A DNA stretch of 64,000 bases. Origin: Camelus ferus. Taxonomy: Eukaryota. This document shows positions 11,617 through 24,457 of the stretch, piece after piece (position 1 is the first letter of the stretch; every line of letters begins with the position of its first letter). Under the pieces are notes generated by a model, which did no database searches, was not told the origin of the DNA, and worked only from the letters and a program-made list of their open reading frames with translations. The translations under genes were made by a program, and so were the position numbers. Where the stretch lies: contig NC_045704.1 in the NCBI RefSeq assembly GCF_009834535.1, positions 44,640,001-44,704,000 of the forward strand. The letters are read 5' to 3'.

Positions 11617-11772
11617 CGGAGGAGCAGTTGTCAAAGTTAAAATCTCCGCAGATGACGTCAAACGCCACCAGCTCCTCGGGGTTGGCTGCGCTGGACGAGG
11701 AGGTAGATTTTTGGAAATCAGCCAGCCAGTCCTGAAGCAGGTCCAGCTGCTCACACCGGATGGCACTGTCCT
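11617..11772 (-). CDS. SMPD3: SMPD3 exon 5 (EDSAIRCEQLDLLQDWLADFQK...GDFNFDNCSS), 156 bp
   Basis: Acceptor ccacag, donor gtgagg, GDFN catalytic motif of the sphingomyelinase/EEP fold. Confidence 0.97.
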
Positions 11773-11887
11773 CTGTGGGGCAGAACCACAGAGAGATGAT
11801 GAAGCAGCAGCCAGACCCCAGCCAGGCTGATCCCAGCCCTCTGGGGGGACATCCCCCACCCGCTGAAGCTTGGCCGCTGGACCCTAC

Positions 11888-11963
11888 CTGGCAGGGCATG
11901 CAGGTGTGTACAGGAGATGTACCCGACAATTCTTTGGTCCTGAGGTGTGCTTCCCACCTGCAC
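11888..11963 (-). CDS. SMPD3: SMPD3 exon 4 (VQVGSTPQDQRIVGYISCTHLHALP), 76 bp
   Basis: Acceptor cccacag, donor gtaggg, THLHA motif. Phase 0 in and 1 out. Confidence 0.97.
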
Positions 11964-14900
11964 CTGTGGGGGAGGAGGTGAGGGTTTGGTAACGAGAACT
12001 GTGAGTCATCATTGCTCAGGGGGACACTGGTGACTACTGTCCCCCAGCCAGGTCAGACCCTCATTAGCCCAGCTCTGTCAGCTCCTGACTAGACTTGGGC
12101 CCAAGGAGGAACAGCACATGTCCTGCTTCCAGGAGCTTCTGGTCCAGTGTGAGAGGCAGATGCATGAAGAAATGGTGAGTGGCACCGACAATTCATGCAG
12201 GGCTTTACAGGAGATATGCAGAAGTCACTGAAGATTTCTTCCCTAAGTCCCTGCTGTCTCCTGGTGACCAGAATGTCCAGAGGGATGACTCTCAAGTGCC
12301 AGCCCCATGATTCCTTGTCCACTCCTGTCTGGTGGCTCTTTCTTCCTCCCCTTGGTGATACCCTGAACCTGATCACACCCTGGAGCCCGTTACTCAGATG
12401 TCTAGATTGAGATCTCCTCTGGAGTGCAGCCCAGCCACAAAGCCCGCCACCCTCCGTCCATTCTGAGAGGCCTTACACCTTGCCCTCTGCTCGCTCTCTT
12501 CCCAGTCTCTTACCCTCTGGCTTCATGAGTGGTCATTTTTCTGCTCTTTGGCTGTGGTCCCCAGTAGTCCCCAGATCTGGGATGACAGCTCTGGCTGTTG
12601 TCTCCATGGCATTTGTGTCATGGGCTGACCCCATGCACCCCACAGCCTCCATCCCAAGCCCAGCCCTCCTTCCTCCACAGCAGCCTCTTCATGCCTTCAT
12701 GCTCCACTCTCCCTAGACTTTGGGTCCTTGCCTCTTGCTCACTTCCTTCACTGGAGAGAGTCCCTAGTAGGTGGAGTGGGGCTGGGGGCTCCTTCCTGCG
12801 TCCCTGCCCAACCGCATGTGACCCTGGCAGGCTGTCTCCATAGATTGGTGTAATAAAACTAGTATCTCTATTGTATGTCACAGACAGCTCGGCCCCCAGC
12901 AGTGAGCCTGGTATAAGCCTGGGCCCTTGTCAGGCTGTGGTTGGGGAGGTGAGGGATGGCTGCTGAGCCTGCCGGCTCTACCAGGTCCTTTGGTCACGCA
13001 CATGCTGGAGGCTATGACGCGAGAATCCCTCCCAGCATGCTTCCCAAACCATCCTTGGCTGCCTTTCCCAGAGGCCGCTGGTTGGCTCCTTACCCTCTTT
13101 TCTCTGGGCTGTCCTCCCATCTGAACTTCAGCTTTCTTCCCCAAACTTGGCTAATCTGTTCCAGACTGGGTTTTCTATGATGATCTATTCCAGGCCCTGG
13201 ACCCCAGGGAGTCTCCAGGGAGGAAGACCGTAGAGGCCAGTTCTTGGCTGAGGGGCAAGGTGCAGGGTGGGTGTACCTGGCATCTGCTGAGCACAGCTCT
13301 ACACGGCCTCCAGCTAAGAGTGGCCTGGACTCATTGCAGTCTTCTGCTCTGAGAGCCTCGGGAGGCTTCCATCCTTTTTACTGCCGAAGTCAGGTTAGCG
13401 TTATTCTCCACAGGGACTTTTGCATCATCAAACACCCTTAGCTTTCTACAACTCTTCATCCCTTTTCCAAGCCTGGATCAGTGCACATCTTTCCTTTCCA
13501 GTGTCCAGGGGGAATGGACGATTGTTTACTTGATAATGGGCCTGGATTTGGGGCTGTTTATAAACTCACATGTTTACTATTCACTCCTTGCCATATTCTA
13601 GACCCAGTCTTCAGCCCAATGGTACCCCCTGCTCCCTACTGCCAGTGCCTCAGAAATCACACACCATTTGTTTCCCCTGTTTCAAAAACACAATGTCCTC
13701 CAAGGCCACACGATGGCGCTTCTCAACCCCCTCCCCCGCATTCCTTAGGCCAGGAGTCTGTTACTCCTCATTATTAACCTTTACACCAGTGAGCACCCTT
13801 GCTTAGTGCCTCATGGACATGGCCTTACTAGAGCCCTACAACAGCTATGAGGATTATACTAAAATTACACTGTAATTGTCCTGGGGTCATGAGGCTCCAC
13901 TGAGGCCAGCTCACATCTGATGCTCAAATCTGATGTTGCGGCCCATGCCCAGCTCCACCCCCTGCTCTACGCTGCTTTCTGAGCTTTAGTGACTGAGCCA
14001 GGGTTTTCAGCAGCCGCCCATTTGATGCTCTTAGTGCGTCAGCCCCTCACTCAGCTCTTCATGTCACCTGCCTGGGCTGAGTCCTGGGCAGAAATGGGAC
14101 AAGTGCAGAGGCACCACTCAGCTCTGTTGCTGAGGAGAACCTGCTGGGAGGATAGACATGCAGAATGAGATATCTCAAGCCCCCACCCCCTTCCTCGCTC
14201 TCAATCAGCCCTGTGAGCTTGCCAAGATCCACTTTATTATGTGTGGGGACTTATTGATTCCTGGCTTGAGTCCTCGGGAGCCGCAGAAGCTCATGTTTCT
14301 CTTGCAAAAACAAACAATCACTCCGAGTTTGTGCCTTTAGTCCTGGTGGGCAAAGACTGTCAACAAAGAAGGGTTCAGAATCAGGCTCTCGTAAGTGAGG
14401 GAGAAGCTGTTCCAGCCCGCTCTTCTCAGGCTATCTAGGTAGCAGGGAAGCACACTTTACTCGAGGACAGGAAGTGATGGGAAATGTCTCAGAGTAAATG
14501 GGAAGGCAGGGCTGGATGGAGAGCCCTGAGTGAAGGGAGCGAGGCTTCTGTACAGCCAAGTCAGCACCTTTCCAGCCCCTGGCTGTCCTGGAGCTAGCGT
14601 GGCTCCTGAAACCTCATTTACTTCATTCCTCCATGCAGAGAAACAGGCACACTCTCGCCAACAGAGATGAGCTAGGTCTGCTGTGCTGGGCACAATGGCT
14701 TCACTCTTTGTTCTGTCTGATGGGAGAGGCAAGCAGCAAGACACCCGGGGGAAAGGGCTTAGGAATCCACAAAGGAACACTGCTGTGCCAGATGCCGCCG
14801 AGGAGAGCTCCACCGAGGTGGGGCAGCCAGTCTGGGGCAGGACCAGGACCAGTGTGTGTCTGGAGCAGAGCCCGGGGACATAGGAGGGGCCCAGGTGAAG

Positions 14901-16714
14901 GCTGGGCTTCTCCCCCAGGCAGCAGGAAGGGGCAAAAGGCATCAGACCTGGGACAAGAGGAGGATGGATTAGAAGTAGGAGGACACCCCGAAACACACAT
15001 GGGTGAATGCAGAGGAATGGTGGCTGGGGCCATTACAGTGCAGCTGGGGATTGGTGGGGGGCAGAGGTATCTGCAAAGTGAAACTGGGACCCTGGGTGAG
15101 CACAGAGAACCCTCAGCAAGTGTGTAAATGGAGGCCATGGAGTCACTTTCCTGGGGAAGGTGCCTGGGGCCGGCTGGCTGAGATAACCACTCAGAAGTGA
15201 AGAGGGCTGGCCAAGTTGGGTCGCCCTGCTGTGAGGGCTGCCAACCCCCAGCTCAGGTTGAGATCTGGGCAGAATGTAGCAGGCCTGGTGTTGCCAGATC
15301 TGCCAAGGTGGGGAGAGAAGTTGCAGATTGGGTTTTATGTGAAATAGCTTGATTTTTATGTGTTGGCCAACAAGAAAATTTTTTAATGGCATGGACCACA
15401 TTCAGCATACCTGCAGACTACTTTTAGATCCAGGAGGTAGAGGGAGCATTAGCATTTAAAGGATGCGCAGGCGACAAAGATCTGGAAGGAACAGGCAGAG
15501 AGGTGGATTGGCAGGCAACAAAGATCTGGAAGGAATGGGCAGACAGGTGGGGGTTTGGAGGAAAGCCCACAGCGGAGAGGCTGTCCCAGGGAGACTTGTG
15601 ATCCTGGTGGGCATGGTGGTCAGGGTGTGCTGGATCAGGGACAAAGATGAGGAGAGGGCATGTGGGTGGCAGGTGGGGTTGCAGGGGACCCTGGCCTCTG
15701 AGCCATCTGTAGTAGTAGTAGGGTGGAAGAAGGTTCGTTTCCCTTCACTGCCCCAAGTCTGACACCATGTCCCCTCCTTCCCCAGAAAGTCACTCTGGCT
15801 GCTGAGACAAAAATACATCTGTGGAATAGAACGCTGATAGACCACATGCCAAAATGGGGAGGTTGCTCACCTATAAGAGGAATGCCTTCAATTTCAGCAA
15901 CTCAGACTGTGAGTGGAGAGCTGGGGTCCCCAGTTCTCTGTCTGCTAAGCCACACAAGAGGAAGTGGGGGTCTGGGCACTGGGGTGCGGCCCTTGCTCCA
16001 GAGGCTCCGTGCAGACGATCAGCCCGTTACCTCACTCCTGACAGGAGCTTGGCTGACAAGCGGCACTTCCTGAACAGGCCAAGCACGGTCAGAGTTGAGG
16101 CCTGGAGATGAGAACCTCACCACGCTGGGCTTCCAGATTAGACACAGCAACACCCCTATCCATTCACGGACCCCCCCTTCTGGGGAGAACTGAGAAGTCT
16201 TGAGGGGAATATGGAGAGAACCCACACCCACAGCAGCTGCTGCCTCTGAGGGCACAAAGCTTGTTCTGTAGCAGCTGGCCAAACGATGTTTCAGAAAACT
16301 CTGGAAGCACCAAGAGCAGTTTTTGGATAGGGACCAGAAAGTCAACACGCTGAGCATGTCAGCCGCAGTAGAGGATAATGTGTAATGACCAAATTACCAT
16401 GGTCTAAATCTCTTCCAATTGCATCCAAATTAGCAGAAATAATTATGATTCACTTTAATTAGTTACTATGGAAGTGAAGCCTCGGGCTGGTGGGCAGAGT
16501 GCCTGGTGTGGCAGCCGCATGACAGCCAAGAGGGAAAGGGCGTCCTGGCCATGGAGGCTGGTAGCCCAAGGGAGTGGCCTGAGAGCCCAACCTGCAACCA
16601 TCTGTCTGCAACAGTACAGACAGCCTCCTCATTCTTCACCGCCTGCCATCTTTACCACCAGCACCATGAGAACCTTCTAGGCCTCGCCGCTCACAGGCCA
16701 CTCCCCACCATGTG

Positions 16715-16805
16715 AGGAGACTCAGTGTTACCCCACTTTACAGATGGGGAAAGGGTGGCTCAGAGATTGGAGGAAATTGCCCAAGGTCACCCAGCCTGGA
16801 GCTTC
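16715..16805 (-). mobile_element. MIR fragment in SMPD3 intron 3
   Basis: ccccactttacagatgggg...ggctcagaga...ttgcccaaggtcacccagc. Confidence 0.75.
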
Positions 16806-16971
16806 AGTTCTTGTCCCTGTGTTCCTATTTTCCTTGTCCCCGAGCTGGGGGCCCTCCAGTTCCCATGAAAAGCCTTGTCTGCCCACTGTCCTCCAAGAGA
16901 GTGAGGACCCCCTGGCTGGGGCCTGCTTCCACCCACCACTGCTCTAGGACTGGCTGACTGAGGCCTCCTAC

Positions 16972-18282
16972 CTTGAGATACAGCGCTCCCTTTGAGGCCA
17001 GGCTGTCGGAGAACCGCCCGTTGGGGTAACAGTGATAGGCCACGTCCATGATGGGGTAGCGGCTGGCAAAGAAGAGGCCGCTGTTGAGATACTTGAAGCT
17101 GCAGCAGCCGTGGCAGCCGTAGACTCCGACATCATAGAGGATGTACTCGAAGTAACCATGCAGCTGGTCTTTCAACTTGGCGGCCGCCCGCTTGTCAAAC
17201 ACCTCCTGTAGGCACAGGAAGTCCAGGTTGGCGGGGAAGAAGGCTGAGACCTCGTGGTCAAAGGCCTCATCCGGGTGCCGCCTCCTGCGTGCAGCTGCCT
17301 TCTTCACCACGGAGGCCTTGTACGGGAGCTTGCTGTTGGCACCTGGCTCCCCACTGCCGCCGTCGGCCCGTGCCTTCACCAGGGACTCCCTGGAGACTGA
17401 GGGGCTGCCCAGGCTTCCCGAGTCCCCATCCTGCTGACTGTGGTTGGGCGTCTCGCCACGGCCAGCCCCGTTCCTGGCCTGGCCCCCAGCAGGGGGGTCG
17501 AAGGCTTCGGGGGGCCGGCCCCCCTCATCACCACCGATGCGCACGATGCAGGCATCCTCAAGGCTGCCACTGTCGGTTGCGGCAGGGTCCCCAGAGGCCA
17601 GGCCATTGGCAGCCTCGTCACTGGGATGACGCCCGCCGTCACCCTTATACTCCACAGAGGCCGTCCTCTTAATGCTTCCAGGGACGGCCCGGGGCACGCC
17701 ATCACTTCCCTGCGGTGACACCAGGCTGCTGAAGCTGGCTGCGCTGATGGAGGTATTGGTGGGTGAGTCGATGTAGATTTTGATCTGGGGCCTGCTGGCT
17801 CCATTGCGGATTCTCTGCCCAATCTCTTTGGCCCGGGCTTGGGTGTTGAAAACGTTGTTGAACCTGGCCAGTGAATCAGGGAGGAGGCAGAGGTTGGCAG
17901 TGGCAAAACAGAAGCTTTTGCCAGGACCTGTACCCTTCCATTCACTGAGCAGGGCTGCCCCGCCGGTAGGGCCCTTGTCCTCCAGCCGGGAGTAGACGTA
18001 GGGCCGGCGGGCAGACTGCAGGGGGGACCAGAGGAGGAACCCAAGGAATGCGAAGGGCAGTGAGGCGACCAGGAGGGCCAGGTAGACGGGTGTGAAGAGC
18101 ACGGTGCAGAGCAGCTGGAGGTAGCACGGGTCGTCAGCCCGCTGGCGCTTCTCGTAGGTGGTGGGTATGAAGGAGGCCAAGAGCCGGTCCGCCAGCCAGT
18201 AGCATGGGAAGATGAGGGCCCAGGACACGGCGTGCAGGGCGGACAGACAGCTGTTGGGAAAGGGGGTTGTGTACAAAACCAT
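16972..18282 (-). CDS. SMPD3: SMPD3 large first coding exon (exon 3): 437 codons covering two hydrophobic segments, the insertion region and the start of the catalytic domain
   Basis: Starts MVLYTTPFPNSCLSALH. Contains the PQIKIY calcineurin-docking motif, the FLCLQEVFD Mg-binding motif and DSLASKG. Donor aag|gtagga after 16972; the ORF track reads through this donor into the intron. Confidence 0.98.
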
Positions 18283-18494
18283 CGCAGCTCACTGGGTGCC
18301 GCGGCCGGCCCTACTACATGGTGTCTGTGGCAGTGCGGGCACTTTCCTGGGTGGGGTGGGTGAGTAGGGGGTAGCTGGAGGAGGGGTCACCTCCTGGTGA
18401 GACGGGACTCTGGATGGTCAGCGGCACGTGTTAGCCAGCCAGTCATGGTTCACCTCAGTGGGCCATGCTGGGCCACCAAGGCCTGCTGGAGAAC
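18283..18494 (-). other. SMPD3: 5' UTR portion of SMPD3 exon 3 (212 nt)
   Basis: Strong acceptor ctttgttttgcag adjacent to 18494, upstream of the ATG. Confidence 0.8.
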
Positions 18495-18680
18495 CTGCAA
18501 AACAAAGTGAGGAGACTTTCATTCATCTTTAGGGGAGCAGGTCAGATGCTGGGGCCATTGACTTGCTCACCCTGTTCCTGCCTCCTCTGACTGTTCCAAG
18601 GACCAGGCCAGAGCCAGCAGGCTCTCGTGGGGTGTTTGGGGCCAGGAGCTGGCCTGGCCCACTCCATTTTCCTGTATGTA

Positions 18681-18744
18681 TTTGGTTCTCTTAGAGTAAA
18701 CTGCTTGGTGATGTTTGGTTCTCTTAGAGTAAACTGCTTGGTGA
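18681..18744. repeat. 33-bp-period tandem duplication
   Basis: tttggttctcttagagtaaactgcttggtga occurs at 18681 and 18714. Confidence 0.95.
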
Positions 18745-21700
18745 CATGACTGTCTCTAGCTGACCATTTTGACCTTGTAACCTAATTGGTTGAAAACTGG
18801 CCCAGGATTTGGGGAGCCAGGGGTGTGTTCAGAACAGGTGAGGGGAGAGCCTGAGTCAGAGGCACTGCAAACACAGCTGCCTGTCACTGAGTGCCCACTG
18901 GGTCAAGACAGTGAGAGAATAAACTGCAGAGAAAAGGTACCAGAGGGTCCTAGGGTGGAGGGCAGTGTGACTGGCAGGACCCCTGGGAGGAGGGTCCCCC
19001 ACAACTAGGCTCTCACTGTGCCCCAGCTTCCAGCCTCAGACCATCTCTGCCGTCCCACCCCTGCTGACCCCCAGCAGAAATCCCTGCCTGACAAGGATCC
19101 AGGCACAGCATGGGCCTTCCCAGGTTCCAGAATGATCAGAGTTACCCAGTTACACGGGACTCTGATGCTCTCTGTGACTTCTGAAGAAGCTCCCTGAGGT
19201 TTGAGGGTCGGCCCCAAGCTTCTCTCAGCCCCCAAGATGTAGTTTCAGGGCCCAGCTAAGGTCCACAGCTGCCAGGGTGAGTCACCCCAGGTCCCGACCC
19301 CAGCCAGTGCAGGAGCTGCCTTGAATCTCAGAGCAGGCCCAGGGCCCCGCCTGGGAGAGGCCGCAGGTGCAGTCATTGTGCTGAATGTAGAATCAATAAA
19401 GACAAGAGTCTGGAGTGTTTACCCAGCCTCCAGGAACCCAAGGCTGATCATTCTGTGGTAAAGCTGGTATAAGCATAACGCAGAGTTTTCATGACCAGAT
19501 CAGCTGGGGGACCCGTTTCCTGCTCACTGTCTCACTGGCCCAGCCCTGTCTGCCCTGGCACCTTGGCGTCTGTGTCCATGATGCCATTCGTCCTGGCCCC
19601 ACACCCTCCCTTCCTCCTGCCTTCCTGGTCACCCCAGCCAGGACCTGGGTGCCATGTGGACTCCGCCCTCCCTCAGTCCCTACGTCCCATGAGTCCCTGT
19701 TATGTATCCAAGCACCCCTGCAGCCCCTGTGCTGGTCCAGGACTGTGACACACATCACTCACTTTCCTGGCCTCTTCCCCATCAGGCCATCCTCCACATG
19801 ATGGCTAGAGGGACTCTGTCTAATCTGACCATGTCACAGACGCTTCAGCCCCATTGAGGCCTCGCTCAGCCCTTTTGGGCATTGCATCTCCTCAGCCAGG
19901 CCTGCCCGTGTCTGCAGCCCCAGCCACCTTTGTGCTCACCTCCCAGTGGCTGGGGTGTGGTTACTTGTTCATGCCCTGCTATTTCCTCTGGCCCTCATCT
20001 AGCCCACCGCTCTTCTTCTAAGATTCAGCTTAGAAATCATCTCCTCAGACAGGCTCTTTTGTCCCCCTTGCCAGGTGGCTTACCTCCACTGTACCCTTTG
20101 TGCGTGGCCTGGTCTCTGCAGTTCTAGATCATGAATGCTCACAATGTGAGGCTACCTTCCCAGAAGAACCAGGGACTTCTTGAAAGAAGGGGCTACACTG
20201 AGGGTGCTGTGGATCCAGGGGCTGCACCAGGAGGATCTCAGGAAATGAGTGAGTGAATGTTGGTTGATCAGCCCCACAGTGTCAGTCACACTTCCGCGGC
20301 CACCGTTTGAACAGAACATAGTGTCTAAAGATGAACCTGAAGCTGGTGGCTGTGTCTGGTTCTGGAGAAAATGTTTCACAAAGGTTTTACTTACTTCAGA
20401 GGAAATCACGTTGAAGCAAACACTGGAAGTTTACAGTTTGGAGAAGCAGGTATGTCTACTCACCACAGCCATCTGACTAGGAGCCCCTCCCTCAGGTGTG
20501 AGCAATGAAGCTCACCGTCAAGGATGATGATGAAGCCAGAAGGCCATCCTCTGCATTCCTCCCACCCCCATGATATCCTGGAGCCTCAGACTCTACAGTG
20601 GCCTTCACCATCTCCCCTACACCCAATCCAGTCTGTCTAGGGACGCTTTGTGCTCCTGTCCTCAGTAACCTCTTTCCTCACCCAGCCCCAACCTGGACTC
20701 CCCCATCATCTCAGATGCGCACTGCTGTCTGACCCCCAGGCGCCTGCACCTGCCGGGCTCTCTTCCTGAAACTCCTCTCCTGCCTTGTCTCTATCAGCTT
20801 CTCCTTACTTACTTTTCAGGGCCCAGCTGAGATGCCACCTCCTGGGGTAAGGGGTAGGGGTGTCTGCCTTGATCCATCTAAGGCTGCCTGTGACCCCTGA
20901 AACCCTCTCCACACTGTGCTGCCCTCCAAGCAGGACTGGCTCATGTTCCACGGAGTGGACGTAGCCTTGTTACGGGTCAGAGGTAAACACAGCCTAGCTT
21001 CATAAAAGGCTTCCTGAGAGAAATTCTTAAACCTGTTCTCCTGTGTGTCTCATCCCCAACACTGGCCGATCAGGGTTGGGATCTGCTGTTAGCCATGACA
21101 GGGCTATTTGAGGGGCATGGGGGCTCTTCAGCTGCCCTAGGTCTCCCTTACTCCTGCTGTGGCCCCAGAAGCCCTTCTGGGCAGGTTCCCTCCCCAGCCC
21201 TGCCTGCAGTGTCAGTGGTAGGCGTGATCTTTCTGCCTCCCCTGGGCAGGTCATAGGGATGTTTTTGGTCTCCATTCAGACATCAATGGGTTTAGGTGGC
21301 TGGCAGCCCAGAGGGCTGACAGGCAGCAGTGGCCACCACGACAGTCCTCCAAGATGTGGCAGACCCGAGCACCTCAGCCCTTCCTGCCTGCCATCCTGGC
21401 CCTTCACAGCTACCTTGGGTCCCCTGTCCACGAGCCTCCCCTCCCGCAGCGCCGTGGACAGAAGGAGCCTCTAGGGGCTGCCCACCTGCCCTGCTCCTGC
21501 ATACAGTCCCTGCATCTACTCACAGAAGCTGCTGACGCAGTTGACACAAAAGGGATTGCCACCAGTGGAGCCAGTTTCTAAAGCTCTGTGGTTAATTATT
21601 TTGTCTCGGTGAAGTGAAAGGAGGGTAAACAAACAACAACACATTAATTAGTCTGATCTGCACTTTCCCCATGAAAGAGAGCGAGAGTTAAACACTGGGG

Positions 21701-24229
21701 GCTGGCAGCTTCTCAGAGAACCTAGGGTCCTCGGAGGGCTGGCCGGGCAGGATGCAGCACACAGGGCCCAGCCTGCGCCCTTTCCAGCCCAGGTTCTGTC
21801 TCCCAGTGAGGAACTCCTGCCCCTCCTCAATGCCCCAGTTCTCCGCTTCCATGTCCTGGCGCTGGCACCTTTGCCACACTGAGTCTGCCATGGGGCTGAC
21901 AGGTCCCTCAAAGGCCATGTGTGCTGAGCTGTTGCCTGTCAACCCCGCAGGGTGGACTGCTCTTTCAGGTTCCTGTTTTAAAGCCTACAATCACCCTCGG
22001 GCTTATCCTTATTCTGAATCCTGGTATGTGGCTTCCAGGATTGCCTGGGATACCATCTGCCTCAATATCATGGTTTCCAGATGGGCTGGAGACCCAGACA
22101 CCCTCAGGTCCCCATGGTCACTCCTGAGCACTGGGGTCAGTGTAGAGGTCTACACAGTGTCCACAGGAGGGCTCCCAGCAGTCATAACTCTGTCTTAGAA
22201 GTAAAGACCCAGGCTTGCTCCTTAACCCAATTATGTGGCCTATTAGGTCCTGGGCAGGATCCGAGAGGTTACAGGCCCAGCCACTCCCAAGCAAGCAGTG
22301 CCTGGGGCATTGACAGCAAGCAGCTCACACAGCAGTTAGTCCTGTGGGTACTGATAATCTCTCGTGACCTGTCAACACTGAGACCCTCGTTGCTAACCTG
22401 TGACCTGTAGCTACCACAACACGGGAAAGGGGGACTCTGCTCAAAGTCACTAACAGGAGGGCTCTGGGGCAGGCTACTCTGCCATACCCTGGAGAGGGCA
22501 TCCCCAGTAAGAGGGCCTGACCAGGCCTGGTCCTGTTTGGGTGTTGAAGATGAAGGGGTTGGGGAGGCAGGTCCCCAGTAGCCTTGGTGGGCCAGCCGCA
22601 GTGGACAGGACCTCTGCTACTGGATGCCAAATAAGATTGGCATCAAGACAGCCGTCCCACTTCCATCTCCCTGGGAAGTGGACCTGGCATGTGTGCTGGT
22701 ACCCAAGATGAGCTGCACAGAGGCCCAAAATGTCCTAGGGGTACTGGCTTTGAATTTCTCCTGTGGTGTGAAAGTGAGTAAGCCAGACCAGTTCTTCTGG
22801 CCAAAGCAAGCCCTGGCCCCTCTGAGGAAGCTGCACCATCTTTTGGGATCTCTGAGCCTTGCTTGGGGAACTTCTGGGAAGTTGATGAGGGTCAGGAGTT
22901 GCCCCATGTTGGGCTAGGATGGGACCTGGCCTTCCCACACCCCTTCCATCTAGTCCTCATGCCTGCTGAGCCCTCCATTCCCAGCAGCAGGGCTGGGAGT
23001 CCTGGAGCAGAGGCACCTCCTCACATCCTCTCTGTGTCCACAGGCTCATATCTAGCAGGAGCTGGGCCAAGCCCCAGGTTTCCGCAGGAAAGGCAGAAAG
23101 GATTGCTTCAACCCAATTACCAGAATGTACTCGCATCATTGGCAGCACTGAGATCGGCCGGCCCGTTTCTGCCTGGATGCCTGCTGGGGTGGGGTTGGCA
23201 TGGCAACATGGGCTCTGAGCTGCCGAAACTTGGAGTCAACTCGTTGCCAGGAGGACAGAAAGAACAACAGAAGAGGATGCCTTTCTGTGTGATGTAGGTC
23301 AGACAAATCCTGGCTAATCCCTGAAAGCCACATACCATAAGCAGAACTGGGGCCTGGGGTCTGGCGTGAACACATGCGATGTAACGACAACTCCCACTTA
23401 CACAGCTGTGCCAGGTAAATGCCTAGTCACCTTTCGAGATCCAAAGCATCTGCCTCCCTTAAAGCCCTCCCTGGCCTCCCAACCCCTCTTACACCCTCCC
23501 TTCCTTGCAAAACCCCTGACTGTTCCTCTAATCAGAAGTATCTATTTGCACATCGGGCCCCCCACCAACCTGGGAACTCCCAGCAGAGCAACAGCAAGAC
23601 CCAAATCCTAGCCTTCTGTGGCTGTGGCAGTGGCAGTCCTGCTTTTGTTTGCCCTGCTCCAATCCAGAGGGAGGGCTATGCGCCACACCAGGCCAATTGG
23701 CACCACAGCCCCTTGATCCCAAGCTGAACAATCACACGACCCTAGCTCTTTCTGGACCCTTCAGGAAAGAGGCCTGCATTTTCTCTGAGATGGAAGCACT
23801 GAGAGCCTGAAGCTTTTGGAGCCTTCCTTGAGAGTGAATCCAATTCAGAGGAAAACAGACCTTAGATCTAGAAGGAGAGAGGCCAAGTCCCAGTGACATC
23901 TTTGAGCTCGTTTCCCTATGCCTGGGACCAACATAATCCCCAGACTTTCCAATTGGCAAAATACCCTTTGTTCTAGACACCTTGAGTTGGGTTTCTGTCA
24001 CTTGCCACCAAAAGAATCCTGTCTCGTATATACCTGCTACATGATCTTTCTAAAACTTAGTTCTTATCAGTTCCCTTCCTGTATAGACCTCCTGTGGGAC
24101 CTCCTGTGATACCCCTTGGCCTGCCCACTGAGCAAAGGTGGGCCCCCTCCTGAGTCCTCAAAGGCCTGGCAAGATCTGGTGCCTGCAGTTTGTGCCCCAC
24201 AAGCATACCCCAGAGATAGCAGTGTAGAC

Positions 24230-24440
24230 ATTACAGGCACAGACTCTGGTGTCAGATGTGCCGGGTTCAGGTCCTCCTGCTGATATTGGACAAGTTACTT
24301 AACTGATTCTGAGCTGCAGTTTCCTTATCTGTTAAACACACATAGTAAGAATACCTCAGGGCAGTTGGAGATGATGCATGGGCAGCACTTAGCATGGTGT
24401 CTGCCACATCTCTAGTGCAGTCAGCCCTCCATAAATGTGG
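24230..24440 (+). mobile_element. MIR SINE abutting the assembly gap
   Basis: gactctggtgtcaga...ggacaagttacttaac...cagtttccttatctgt...agcacttagcatggtgtctg. Confidence 0.7.
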
Positions 24441-24457
24441 TTCCTCAGTCTTCCATA

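Noticed and set aside
11653-11660. Perfect CRE palindrome TGACGTCA
   Set aside because: It lies within exon 5 codons (F-D-V-I) and is explained by coding constraint.
16825-16971. C-terminal 48 aa of the 485-aa ORF-track entry
   Set aside because: Read-through past the aag|gtagga donor into intron 3. Homology resumes at exon 4.
16968-18127. Several overlapping ORFs in other frames or on the opposite strand of SMPD3 exon 3 (e.g. 17376-18044, 17289-17672)
   Set aside because: Expected shadows of a GC-rich coding exon with few stop codons.
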